Notes under the pieces: generated by a model
What the model saw: only the letters and a program-made list of their open reading frames with translations
Database searches by the model: none
What the model was told of the DNA's origin: nothing
Assembly (NCBI GenBank): GCA_964016885.1
Contig: OZ024754.1
Span: 1,798,001 to 1,862,000 of the forward strand
DNA length: 64,000 nt
Source: Eledone cirrhosa
Taxonomy: Eukaryota
Direction: 5' to 3'
Translations under genes and position numbers: made by a program
Shown: in pieces, positions 17,145 through 29,745 of the stretch
Position numbering within the stretch: position 1 is the stretch's first letter
Layout: every line of letters starts with the position of its first letter

Positions 17145-17530
17145 GAATTGATAGAAAATCGAAATAAATTCTTTAATAATAGATATTATCTAATATAAAT
17201 ATCTTTTTTATACAGTTGGCTGCGATTTTTAAAGGAGAGATGCCAAGACTCAATCAATGATTCTGCCAAAATAGAATCCGATAAAACGTGTAATTGGTAA
17301 AAAACAAAGAAGTTAGAATTAGTAAGTATAATTAGTTAAGATGTTTAACTCTGTTTTTCAGTTCAGCCCATCTTGCGTATATATCTATTATGGATAGAGT
17401 TGTAGTGAATATCAGGAATTCAGTAACAATAAGTCTAATGTATCGAAAATTCATTACTCAACATCGATACCCTGTGGTTTTAGGGACATTTGAATGATAG
17501 ATGTAATAGTTCGGTTGTATATGTATGTAG

Positions 17531-18038
17531 CTCTGATAATCTATATACCGCGGTTATATATATATATATATATATACCTATGATAATCTATATACAGCGG
17601 TTATATATATATATATATATATATACCTATGATAATCTATATACCACCGTTATATTTATATATACCTCTGATAATCTATATACCACCGTTATATATATAT
17701 ATATATATACCTCTGATAATCTATATACCACCGTTATATATATATATATATACCTCTGATAATCTATATACCACCGTTATATATATATATATACCTCTGA
17801 TAATCTATATACCACCGTTATATATTTATATATACCTCTGATAATCTATATACCGCGTTTATATATATATATACCTCTGATAATCTATATACCGCGGTTA
17901 TATATATATGTACCTCTGATAATCTATATACCGCGGTTATATATATATATACCTCTGATAATCTATATACGGCGTTTATATATATATACCTCTGATAATC
18001 TATATATGGCGTTTATATATATATACCTAGGATAATCT
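17531..18038. repeat. Minisatellite: ~13 copies of cctctgataatctatatacc(a/g)c(c/g)gtt separated by variable (TA)n
   Basis: Direct reading. Period about 37-49 bp, depending on TA length. Confidence 0.95.
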
Positions 18039-18051
18039 TCTCGAATGGGGA

Positions 18052-18430
18052 TGAGGGGGATTGACAGTATCAGTAGAACGTTGGACATCCTGCTTCGCGG
18101 CATAGAATTACGTCCCTTTACGTTCTAAGTTGAAACCCCTCCGAGGTAAGCTTTGCCTTCCATCATTACGGTATCGATGAAATAACGTGTCACAGACGGG
18201 TGTCGTTATAATCGACTTTCCCTTCCCCTAAACATTTTCCAGTCTTGTGTCTAAACCAGAAATCATTATTTGTTAGTAATGCACTGGGTAATTGCTGGCC
18301 TTGTGCCTAAAGTAGAAACAATTATTTGTTCGTTAACTTTGCCTTTCATCCTTACAGGGTCGATAAAATGAAGTACCAGAAATGCACTGAGGTAATTACT
18401 GGCCTTGTGCCAAAAATAGAAACAATTATT
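18052..18430 (+). mobile_element. SINE family A long variant followed by two extra 3' fragments
   Basis: Similar to 12090-12276. Tail repeated at about 18275-18330 and 18332-18430. Confidence 0.8.
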
Positions 18431-19105
18431 TGTCGAATACAGGTTAAAACGAAATGAAGTATTTACCACGACGAATGGACTCTGAGAAAGTTGTATTAAG
18501 CAGCTTAAAAATCTGGCAGAGTTAATTATTACAGTTGTTTGCACGACAAATTATATTACGTATTGAAATCTTCGTGTTCTAGTTTGACATTCATTTCTCT
18601 ATCTCTGTCGTAGCGGTAAAATGTGAACTAATCATATATTGTTGTAGAAATTACTTCTAAATATTTTTTATGATATCAAATAAACAGAACATAGAGGCAA
18701 CACATATTTCATGTCAGTATTTTTATGTATTTAATGTCACTCTTTAATAGATGATTTATATTCATTGACAATCTTAGTAACTAAATTTCTACGTTGTTGT
18801 TAATATATATATTTTTTATTTAATATGTCTCGCCTATCTCCCATTTTCTATTTCCTCAACTTTTTATTAGCTATTTTATAATTACAGACACATATACAGC
18901 ACTTATACGCGCGCGCACACACACACACACACACATAAATATATATATACGTTTATTTCTGAGCATCACGGGGCGATCACCATATTATATTAGAGATTAA
19001 TATCTAGTTTATTAAGGCCAAGATTGAGTCTTTTCACACCGTGGTTGTCTCTATTTGGTCACTAGCTTAGCAGACAAAACTAAATCTTCAGAGGATGGAG
19101 AGACA

Positions 19106-19150
<45 letters not shown>

Positions 19151-19172
19151 GTATGCATATATATATATATTT

Positions 19173-19233
19173 ATAGGAAAAGAGTCAGGACCTCGACGGG
19201 TGAGCTCCGGTCGTTTCAACAGATAGATCCGAA
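19173..19233 (-). mobile_element. HHR family 3 fragment between TA tracts
   Basis: Matches 23573-23633. Confidence 0.7.
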
Positions 19234-19249
19234 ATATATATATATATGT

Positions 19250-19457
19250 TTTCTGATTTTGGTTCTCTAAATAGAGTTTTAAAGAATCCCCTTTCTGTAA
19301 ATCAATCAACCAATGACCTCCACCCATCCCAATCACCACCCTCTCCAACCACCAGAAAATGTATAAATACCACCATATTACTTGGACAGTTGGCTTCCTG
19401 ATGATTTCTCCCGAATGAAACAGTTCTAGTCCCGTAGAAGACATTTCTATATCAAAT
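19250..19457 (+). mobile_element. PLE pseudo-LTR-like segment (family 2) with TATA box and HHR
   Basis: TATAAATA at 19362-19369, CCAAT upstream, HHR at 19391-19443. Flanked by (TA)n on both sides. Confidence 0.6.
19391..19443 (+). ncRNA. Type I hammerhead ribozyme motif (family 2)
   Basis: TGGCTTC-CTGATGA-tTTCtcccGAAt-GAAA-CAG..CCG-TA-GAAGACA. One mismatch each in stems I and III. Confidence 0.6.
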
Positions 19458-19479
19458 ATATATATATATATATATATAT

Positions 19480-19850
19480 GACAAAATCACTTCGGTGGGT
19501 TGACTTTGGAAATACACAGGAGATTTTTCCAGAACAGCAAGGCTCTAACTATATATAAATGCGGCTAAGAGGATTTCTAGCTGTGATCATATCACAGATA
19601 TTTCAGTAGCCGTGTGAGAAGGCTATACAATAGAGATTCATGATGGTATCAGTAAAGCTTACGCGGCAATAAGAATGTAATAAGCTATAATCTTGATACG
19701 TTTTAAGTAAACATCTTCAGCTGGAGAAGGTCATTTGCATATAGTGTCTGCTTGAATTGGTTTGGATCAATTATGAGAAGCATTAACATAACGTGATTAA
19801 TAATAGGGCTGTGTATGAACGAATAGAGGAGAGTCGGTTTAGTAATGTCT
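19480..19850 (+). pseudogene. Old RTE-like RT remnant
   Basis: Patchy translations IEIHDGISKAYAA and INNRAVYERIEE resemble RTE RT and C-terminal motifs. Confidence 0.3.
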
Positions 19851-19907
19851 GTTTGCATGTAAGTATGTATGTATACAGCTAGATCTACACACACACACAC
19901 ACACAGT

Positions 19908-19987
<80 letters not shown>

Positions 19988-20589
19988 AATATAAATTAGC
20001 GAGAATCGTATTTCGGCTTTGGAATTAGCGAAAGACAACTTCCGAGATGTGTGGTTAGCACTCAATAATTCTGACGAACCAGAGCTACAACATACGTTAA
20101 AGGCCAAACACACTGAGACGATGGTTAAACCGTCATCCGCACCCATAGAAACGACCAAGTAATTCGGGTGAAACAAATAAAAAAATATGTGATTAAAAAA
20201 TTTACCCGGACCCCTGGATGGTTGGTAAAATCCAGCATTTGGGTTTCTGCGACTCCTAAATCAAGTACTGTCCGCTTAGACAAATGATGTTAGGCTTCTG
20301 GTAAGATGATTGATCAAGGAAGTCACTTTCTCAACAGGTTTTAGTTCAAGTGCCAGGCAAAGGAATGACCGTTATCGATACCCACGTGGGGCTCGACAAG
20401 GGAGGCAAACCTTATTTTTGGCGGATGAAATTCACTATGTGTATATTATTGCAAAAATGCAAAATATCACAAAACGAATGTACTTTTTTTTATATATATA
20501 TAAAAGAGATAGAGAGAGATATATAGAAGATCCCGTACATAGATAGATATATACAGAGAGAGAGAGAGAGAGAGAGAAAGAGAAAGAGA

Positions 20590-20640
<51 letters not shown>

Positions 20641-20858
20641 CATGAAATTTCCTTCTAAGACCCATTTCTCTATATACTGATTTCCAAAGTTCTAAATATT
20701 AGTTCCAAAGAAATAATACACTTACCGAAAGTTAGATGAATTTCATCGAAATCCTACATATGGTGAAGTAATTGACGTAAGAATTCCTAGTTATAGAAAC
20801 ATCCTGTACGATACTGTGAGGTAGTAGCCGTTCTATTTCTATTGTCTTATTTATTAAA

Positions 20859-20904
<46 letters not shown>

Positions 20905-20908
<4 letters not shown>

Positions 20909-21166
20909 GGAGGAAATGTGGTAAGGAACCAAGTGGACCATAACGGGTAGTAGAGTGGGTAATAGGAACGAGTAGGACCCCGACGGCTGAGCTCAAGCCG
21001 TTTCGACGGGGTCCTATATATATATATATATAGGAAACAGTATGACCCCGACGGCTTGAGCTCTGCCGTCGGGGTCATACTTTTTCCTATTTCCCACTCT
21101 ACTACCCTAAGTATTATGTACTCTGGTGCGTTATGGTGCATCTGGTTCCTTACCACAATTCCTTTG

Positions 21167-21168
<2 letters not shown>
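20905..21168. mobile_element. Two HHR family 3 copies in inverted orientation around a central (TA)n, each with an internal fold-back
   Basis: The left arm is reverse-complementary to the right arm. Local hairpins at 20973-21016 and 21031-21089. Confidence 0.8.
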
Positions 21169-21209
<41 letters not shown>

Positions 21210-21224
21210 GGTTTGTGTGTATAA

Positions 21225-21266
<42 letters not shown>

Positions 21267-21738
21267 TTATACACACAAACCGACACACAAACAATAAAGA
21301 ACTAGCGATAATCGTTAACTGACGTAGAGGAGAATGATAGTTGGCTTATATTTTTATAAAATCTTTTCTAATCCATCCTTCGGGATAAGAATCAAATATC
21401 AGCTTCGTTGGATTAGGTGCCATATTTGAAATTGCGTCTGTTTTCGGAAATGTACTTTTTTTTTTACTCTTATATGTTTTGTTTTAATGTATATTTTTGA
21501 TATGCATATGCTTATTTTTCAGGTGAATATGATATTTGAAACCTATATATGTCTTGAAATATATAAGCTTTTAAGTGGTATATGCGTTTTAAGAAATGTA
21601 TATGCTTTTAAAGATTTATCATTTTTAAGGTGTATATGTTTGTTTTCTTAATATGCATATGGTTTTAGAATATTTAAGCTTTTTAAAAGTATATATGCTT
21701 TTTAAAAGGCACACACCCCCACACACACACACGCGTGC

Positions 21739-21770
<32 letters not shown>

Positions 21771-23027
21771 GTCTATACATGTATGTATGTGTAATTCCAA
21801 AGATTGATATGGTTTTCAAATATTTTTCCCTGCGTAATAGATGAGATATCATTTCACCAGGCAAACATCTTGCTGTGGCATTCTATTGCTCACACACACA
21901 CACACGCACGCACGCACACACACAGGTACACACAAAGATATGATGCCACAATAAACAGGTAAAATACATTCTCTTGTCAAAATATAACACCTTAAATCTC
22001 GTATAAAACGAACGGTTAATGTTTTGATGAAAAAAATTAAACCAATCACATTTGTGAACTGTATTTTATGATCTGAAGAGAAGACTGTGAAATTGTAGAA
22101 ACGCTGAAAAGGGATTTATGAACTCTCTTCTAAATATATTGCAAGTAACTCGTGTTAAAGTAGGCCCCTAATGATGAAAAAAGGACCAACATATATACAC
22201 ACTAACATATATAAAAACACACACATTAACATACATATGTTTATATATATATATATATATATATACAGAAATATATATATATGTATATAGAAATGTACAC
22301 ACATTATGTATATATGTATACACATACACACACGCATGTTTATTTATTTTTCTTTTGTTATGGCAATGTGGTGAGTCTTGTTACATTGTAGTTTCATAGC
22401 TTAGACCCAATAAAGAATATTTATGTTCTACGTCAGTATTGAGTACACATTCTTATGCCTGTGAATAAAATAAGCATATATATATATATATAAATATGTA
22501 TACATATATCTGTGTGTGTGTGTGTGTGCTGATGAGTGACATAGATCAATAGATATAGAGTGAATGAGTAAGCGTGTGTGAGTGAGCGGGAGAGAGAGAG
22601 ATAGAGATGGAGATAGATAGATAGAGAGAAAGATGGAGAGAGCGAGAGAGAGAGAGAGAGCGAGAGAGAGAGAGAGCGAGAGAGAGAGAGCGAGAGAGCG
22701 AGAGAGCTGAACTAGATGGTCGCTAGCATGTACGTTTAAAAGTACGGATGTACGGAATTTAAGCCGGCAATAAAATTCTAAAGATAATAAAATTAGTGTT
22801 AATAAGAACTTAAATTTCTTCCATAATTTTATTACATTTCACCCAGATTATATTTCACCGGATGATGTTGGATTGTTCAGAACAGACAGAGCTCTTTGTT
22901 TATACATTCAAACATATATATACACACTAACATAACACTACAGATGTCATACAACCTCTCACACATATACACACGCACACTCTGACCCATATACACATAC
23001 AACCACTCCTGTATGTTCACACACACG

Positions 23028-23074
<47 letters not shown>

Positions 23075-23100
23075 TTTATCTAAAGACATTTTTTCCAATT

Positions 23101-23270
23101 CCAACCCGCCCGTCCCCTCAATCTATCTTATTTCTCATTCTTTCTTCTGATGAAGGACTAGCGTCCGAAACATTAAGACCCTCTTCCTTCTATTTCAAGC
23201 GTTAACCTAATATATTCCTTCCATATACTTTACCGATTGTGTTGTTATTTCTGTTTACCTTTTACATATA
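23101..23270 (+). mobile_element. Short PLE-derived element, HHR family 1
   Basis: One of four homologous copies. 3' end ...tttaccttttaca runs into (TA)n. Confidence 0.8.
23143..23178 (+). ncRNA. Minimal type I hammerhead ribozyme (family 1)
   Basis: TCTT-CTGATGA-a-GGAC-tagc-GTCC-GAAA-CATT-AAGA. Stem I TCTT/AAGA, stem II 4 bp, stem III palindrome mutated (ACGT to ACAT). Confidence 0.8.
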
Positions 23271-23359
23271 TATACATACATATGTATATATATATATATA
23301 TCGACAGTCGTGAAATCGGACCGAGGAAACTATGTTTCCAAAGGTTTTTCCACATGGAA

Positions 23360-23477
23360 AGAGCAACATGAAATAAAGTGTCTTGCTCAAGGACATAACG
23401 CATCGCCCGGTCCAGGAATCGAACTGACAACATCACGATTGCGAATCGAATTATCTAAATACTCAGTCACGTGTCTT
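23360..23477 (-). mobile_element. tRNA-derived CORE-like SINE (family B), 5' part
   Basis: B-box GTTCGATTCC on the minus strand followed by tgtccttgagcaagacacttt. Homologous to 33487-33618 and 57720-57848. Confidence 0.8.
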
Positions 23478-23492
23478 ATACATATAAATAAA

Positions 23493-23770
23493 TAACAAAG
23501 AGGGTGTGGTAAGCTACCAGGTGGACCATAACGCACCAGAGTACTCGATACTTGGGGTAGTAGAGTGGGTAATAGGAAAATATTCAGGACCCCGACGGCT
23601 GAGATCCGGCCGTTTCGACACCTAGATCCGAACTGTTCGGATTTAGGTGTCGGAACGGCCGGAGCTCAGCCGTCGGGGTCTTGAATATTTTCCTATTACC
23701 CACTCTACTACCCCAAGTATCGAGTACTCTGGTGTGTTATGGTCCACCTGGTAGCTTAGCACACCCTTTG
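23493..23770. mobile_element. Fold-back HHR family 3 element: 133-bp inverted arms with a 1-nt apex
   Basis: 23501-23633 is the reverse complement of 23635-23767 with about 6 mismatches. Contains G(A/G)AACGGC..GCCGTC-GGGGTC (HHR stem III, GUC triplet, stem I'). Confidence 0.9.
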
Positions 23771-23967
23771 CAGCACCTCTTTGAAAGTAGGTTTATAAGT
23801 AAGAATTTTCAGTAACCTTTCGTAGCTGTCTCAGTGGCCTAGCGGTAGTTACTAGAGACGGCGGAGATCCTGGGCTTGGATTCAATCCTGTCAAGAGGTA
23901 CATTTAATATTTTTCATTTTACATCCCAAACTGAAAAGGTTTACCGGGAAATCTACTCCCGATCGGT

Positions 23968-24022
23968 TAGTATCTAGCTGTCGAAACGGCCGGAGCTCAG
24001 CCGTCGGGGTCCTGACTCTTTT

Positions 24023-24026
<4 letters not shown>
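23968..24026 (+). mobile_element. HHR family 3 fragment (3' half of the ribozyme) ending in (TA)n
   Basis: agctgtcGAAACGGCcggagctcaGCCGTCggggtcc. Confidence 0.75.
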
Positions 24027-24059
<33 letters not shown>

Positions 24060-24567
24060 GTGTGTGTGTACATTTCAATCCATCAATAGAATAAAGAGTA
24101 ATATTGATAAAATTTATCCCTGGTCGTTCCCCGTATTATCATCAAATTTTCTATTTTTTCTTCTATTTTCAATCTTACCCCAACCAGTGGATTTAAGATG
24201 AATGCTATTGAATACTGAGATGTGATCAGTTATCCCATACGATTTTCAAATGATCTGCAAATTCTCTCGATGGCCGTTGTTAACTATTTAACTCAATGGG
24301 GAAAAATTTGCTGTTTTACTCGCTGTTCTTCAACAATTTCATAAGTAATGTCTCTCTATTTCGGCTTGTGTGTTTCACGAAATATCTCATCTTGGTTCAC
24401 AGATATTCTATCAAGTCGCTCCCTTTTGATTATATACCATCACATAAAGGTAATCAATGCATCCCTGTATTTTCCCCGTTACCTTACCCCCTTCTCTGGA
24501 AATTTCTAATCACTATACAGATTTCTTCCACACTCAAACCTTCAGCAAAACTAGGTTCCTTTCTGTG

Positions 24568-24862
24568 GATCAAGCACATGGAACAGTCCATTTTATTCTG
24601 CCATAGGTAATATTTATTTGAGAGGCAATAATTAAACATTGGTGTGTAATCAACGTATAATTATTGATCAAACATATGGAACAGTCCATTTTATTCTGCC
24701 ATAGGTAATATTTAATTGAGAGGCATTAATTAAATAATTGGTATGTAATAATCAACGTATAATTATTGATCAAACACATGGAACAGTCCATTTTATTCTG
24801 CTACAGGTAATATTTAATTGAAAGGCATTAACTCAACATTGGTGTGTAGTAATCGGTGTATA
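24568..24862. repeat. Tandem triplication of a ~100-bp unit
   Basis: ggaacagtccattttattctg at 24580, 24678 and 24780. Confidence 0.92.
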
Positions 24863-25608
24863 ATGCTTCGCAATTTACCATCGACGTCAAATATTTAACA
24901 GCAGATAGTTCCACCTTCATTACAATATATTATCCTCATTACTGTAAATCTCACCTAATATATTTATATAGAATAATTTTTAACATTTGATTATTTTATA
25001 TTTTTTATAAACAAAATAGATTCAATTTCATTCAAAATATAACTTAATAATAACAACATAGGAGATTTATCTTCTAGCCATTTTCAAAAATGTTAATCCC
25101 TTTGGTATTGTTCCTCTTTAATTCTTTTATATTTTTTTATTATTTATTTTTCATCATTTTATTTTTCCGTTTGTATATCTGTTTAATGCCTTTTTATATG
25201 TTTGATACTGTTTTATTATCAGATTTGAAATTTAAAATAAAATGACTAATTTAATTTATAGCAATAATATCTGAGAAGAAATTCATATTTTTCAGATGAT
25301 GAGAAAATAATAACCTATTCTGACACTCATGATACATACAATCAGGCAGACTGACAAAATACACGCAATATACATACCTGTATATACACATATATATAAT
25401 TGTATGTATGTATGTATGTATGTATGTATGTATGTATGTATGTATGTGTTTGTAAAATGTATGTATATATGTATGTAAGTTTATGTGCCAAATAAATTAA
25501 CTATGGAGATATAAAAGATACAGAAGCGAAAACCAACCAAACAGTGAGAGTGTTCTGTTAGTATTTCTGGCAATATTATTACAATAATATGACTCTCCCC
25601 AAGTATAG

Positions 25609-25643
<35 letters not shown>

Positions 25644-25787
25644 CATATGTCGGTGTGTATGCATATATGTATGTATGTAGTATGAACGTATGTGTATATG
25701 TATATATATATGTGTCTATATATATGTATGTAGTATGAACGTATGTGTATATATATATGTGTCTATATATATGTATGTATATATACG

Positions 25788-25830
<43 letters not shown>

Positions 25831-26121
25831 GTATATATATACTGCTCAATTGTAGCTAAGCCCGTGAGAAACAATATACAATATATTTTTATGCCTAGTC
25901 AGAGTCGTAAATGTTAGGATTGACAGACGACACAGGGGGGGGGGGGGGGTACCATTATGTATTTTAGTATTATTTCTACAGACTCAATATAATTATAACA
26001 TAAACCCAGGGCAACATATTTTGAGGTGGTGCGGACAGCTGTGTAGAGACCGTAATCGCTTGACCTGCTAGAAGGTGTAGCTAAATCGTTCTCAAATCAA
26101 ATATCATCGTGTATATAGACT

Positions 26122-26195
26122 TTAATTGTGTATATAGGATGTAATTGTGTATATAGGATGTAATTGTGTATATAGGATGTAATTGTGTATATAGG
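26122..26195. repeat. 19-bp minisatellite x4 (taattgtgtatataggatg)
   Basis: Direct reading. Confidence 0.9.
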
Positions 26196-27240
26196 GAGGA
26201 AATATTGGCACTCAAAATCATGGGTAATCATGACGAGAACGACTTTGATGACAATTTTCACCGATCAGTGCTGATCCGTGATTAAACAACAACATCAGCA
26301 ACAACAGCCACAACAACAAGGACTATTCCATTGACTTCTAAATTTTAAGAAGCAGAGTTAATCTTTCTGGGATTTGAACGCAAAACGTAATGCCTGTTGA
26401 GTAATTAAAGAAGGGTATTTATTTTATCACTGATTCTGCCAACCATTCGCAATATTCACATGGTGTTAATAAAATAAGTACTAAAGAATCAGAATACCAA
26501 TAATATACTGGGCTCGATTAAATCCAATATAATCCCTTCTAAAGAAAACAATGACTATTGCCTTGTCAAGTCAAAAGAAATCATTTATACGTTTCTGCAT
26601 TGAAGTAAACCATTTAATAAAAGTAAGGAATTGAAAATCACTATAATACTTTTGCAGGAAATGAAATAGAACCAAGGAGGGAATTAAATCACTTTGAAGA
26701 CTTCTTAGAACGTCAGTTCCATACACTAACCAGAAAAGACATCAATTAAATCAGGTAAATTTGCTCACTCACGGACTTAGTAAATCACACTTTCATATAA
26801 AAGTGAAACCTATTAATTGTTATTTGAGATTATACAGTAAATAATAAAATTATAATTTGAAAGCGAAGAAAGAGAATTTAGGTATTCTGCATTTATGTTG
26901 TTCTGGGGAACTTTTAGAATCATAAAACTAATGATGATCGTGTCCAGATACAAAGTAAAGACTATTAATTCTACACTTTATTTGTCAAAGAATTTTCCTC
27001 CTTTCTTTCTTTCTCTCCCTCTTCTCCATCTCTCATTTAGTGAAAGGAAAGTACATTAGTCTTTCATCTCTTCTTTCTCCTCCACCGTCTCATTATTATC
27101 ATTAGTCGCTCTACCATCTCCACCATCATCGGTGACACAAATCCTATCATCACCATCATCATCCATAATAACACGATATTAATAATATCAATAATGCATT
27201 TTTTAATTAGTCATATCAATAATAATAATAATAATAATAA

Positions 27241-27380
27241 GGTCGCCTCTTTTTAACCTGGTCCATGTCTGTGGATCTCTGAATTCCGTTTTCTTAAAGA
27301 AGGTACTGTGAAGGGATTTTTCATGAAGGTTGCTCTTCCTCCTTGTTGTTATTTCTTCCTTGAAACATCCCCTGGTCTAT
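27241..27380 (-). pseudogene. R4/Dong-clade LINE internal fragment
   Basis: Minus-strand translation ...RRKSNLHEKSLHSTFFKKTEFRDPQTWTRLKRGD fits the R4-clade 'K.LHG.F....D...W.WL..GDL' motif. Confidence 0.6.
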
Positions 27381-27444
27381 AATAGTAATAATAACGATGA
27401 TGATGATGATGATGATGATGATGATAATAATAATAATAATAATA

Positions 27445-27815
27445 ATTGAAATTGAGAAAATATGGCACCTCAAGGCCGTTACAATACCAGTGATTGTGGG
27501 TGGACTGGGAATGAACAAGAAAGGAACAGAACAATATTTGCGAATGATTCCTGGTTTACCCTCTCTGCACGAGGTGCCAAAAATTGTTTTGACTGGTACT
27601 GCACACGTATTGAGAAGAGCACTATCTCTGTAAGATTTATATCCCTCCTTGTATTTGCATATGCACATGTGTATATATGTATACTGTTTTTTAAAAAAAT
27701 TATAATCAATGTGCTGTATTAACTGGCTTACCAATGCACACTGTGAATGTATTTGCCCAAGGTGTCAGGAAGACACTCGGCATATATCTCAGAAACAATA
27801 ATGAAAGTAAATAAA
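27445..27815 (+). mobile_element. 5'-truncated R4/Dong-clade LINE 3' end in TAA tracts
   Basis: EIEKIWHLKAVTIPVIVGGLGMNKKGTEQYLRMIPGLPSLHEVPKIVLTGTAHVLRRALSL* (stop at 27631-27633) is the C-terminus of a restriction-like-endonuclease ORF. (TAA)n on both sides. Confidence 0.8.
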
Positions 27816-28723
27816 AACAATAATAATAATAATAATCACAACAACAACAATAATGATAAAGACAAGAACAAAAATGATATTTCAAAGCCATAATTAGGAA
27901 CGCTCTAAATATTCATTAATATTTCGTCTGAGTCTCTTCCCCAACACCATGGCCAATATTGTCCTCCCCTCTGTATGTATATTTTAGAAAACGTTGAGGT
28001 ATGAGGAAAAACATCGACGGCAGTTTCAGGATCAGGATGTTTCGTAGATCGAAGAACTGAAATCTCTCATCGTCGAAACCAACGGAGGTCCATTCCACAC
28101 TAAAATTATAAAACTATGCCCTTGGCTGGAACATATTTTATCACAGACTTGTCAATCAAGATTGATTTGGAGGAAAACCAACAACTGCAATCAATAAACT
28201 ATAAATACGTTGGTTTTACTGGAAGCTGATGTAAAAAATTGTTGTTTTATACCAAGATAAACTGAAACTGGTAGAGTTAAAACATTCAACAAAACATACT
28301 ATGGAACTGAGTGACAATGTGGACAACATAAATCTGATACGAAATCCAATTTACCTTTTTTATTCTCAGAGAATTCAAGAAATTCTAAAACTTTCTAGTT
28401 AAAATCCTGTCATACTACAATTATTGCTATTATTTCTTTGTTGTTGCTGTTGTTGTTGCTGAAGTTGCTGTTGAGGCTCGTCTTTTTGAGGTTCTTGTTG
28501 CTGCTGTTGTTGTTGTTATTGTTGTTGTTTTTGTTGTTGTTAGTGTTACTGTTATTTTTTTTTATTATATATCTTTTTTTCAATAGCTTTCAGCGGAATT
28601 CTAAGTATTCTCAATATAAGTTACATTTATTCATGTTCAATGGAATATAAGAAATTGTGTTGCATAGGAAAGAATGGAAAGAAATAGAGCGAAAAGAGAG
28701 AGAAAGAGCCAAATACAGAAGAT

Positions 28724-29314
28724 ATGTATATATATATATATACACACACACATATATATATATGATTATATATATACACATATATGATTATATATATACA
28801 CATATATGATTATATATATATATACATATATGATTATATATATATATACATATATGATTATATATATATATACATATATGATTATATATATATATACATA
28901 TATGATTATATATATATACATATATGATTATATATATATACATATATGATTATATATATATATACTTATATGATTATATATATATATACATATATGATTA
29001 TATATATACACATATATGATTATATATATACACATATATGATTATATATATATACATATATGATTATATATATATACATATATGATTATATATATATACA
29101 TATATGATTATATATATACACATATATGATTATATATATACACATAAGATTATATATATACACATAAGATTATATATATACACATATATGATTATATATA
29201 CATATATGATTATATATACATATATGATTATATATATATACATATATGTATATGTATATATATATATGTATATGTATATATATATATGTATATGTATATA
29301 TATATATGTATATG

Positions 29315-29361
<47 letters not shown>

Positions 29362-29412
29362 GTATATATATATATGTATATATATATATGTATATATATA
29401 TATGTATATATG

Positions 29413-29447
<35 letters not shown>

Positions 29448-29576
29448 GTATATATATATATATGTATATATATATATGTATATATATATATGTATATATA
29501 TGTATATAAATATATATATATGTATATATATGTATATAAATATATATATATATGTATATATATATGTATATATATG

Positions 29577-29614
<38 letters not shown>
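28724..29614. repeat. TA-based compound array: catatatgat units on the left, tgta units on the right
   Basis: Direct reading. Confidence 0.96.
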
Positions 29615-29616
<2 letters not shown>

Positions 29617-29745
29617 TATTAAACTACCGTAGTTAGAGCCTTATTCAACAGAGTACTCAATACTTGGGAGAATAGAGTGTGACTGTATTAGAAAGATTCG
29701 GGACCCGGCGGCTGAGCTCTTGCCGTTTCAACAGCTAGTCCTGAC
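29615..29745 (-). mobile_element. Diverged HHR family 3 copy abutting the TA array
   Basis: cagagtactcaatacttggg...ggacccggcggctgagctcttgccgtttcaacagctag. Confidence 0.65.

Noticed and set aside
17531-18038. CRISPR-like repeat-spacer appearance
   Set aside because: Spacers are only (TA)n, the context is eukaryotic and there are no cas genes.
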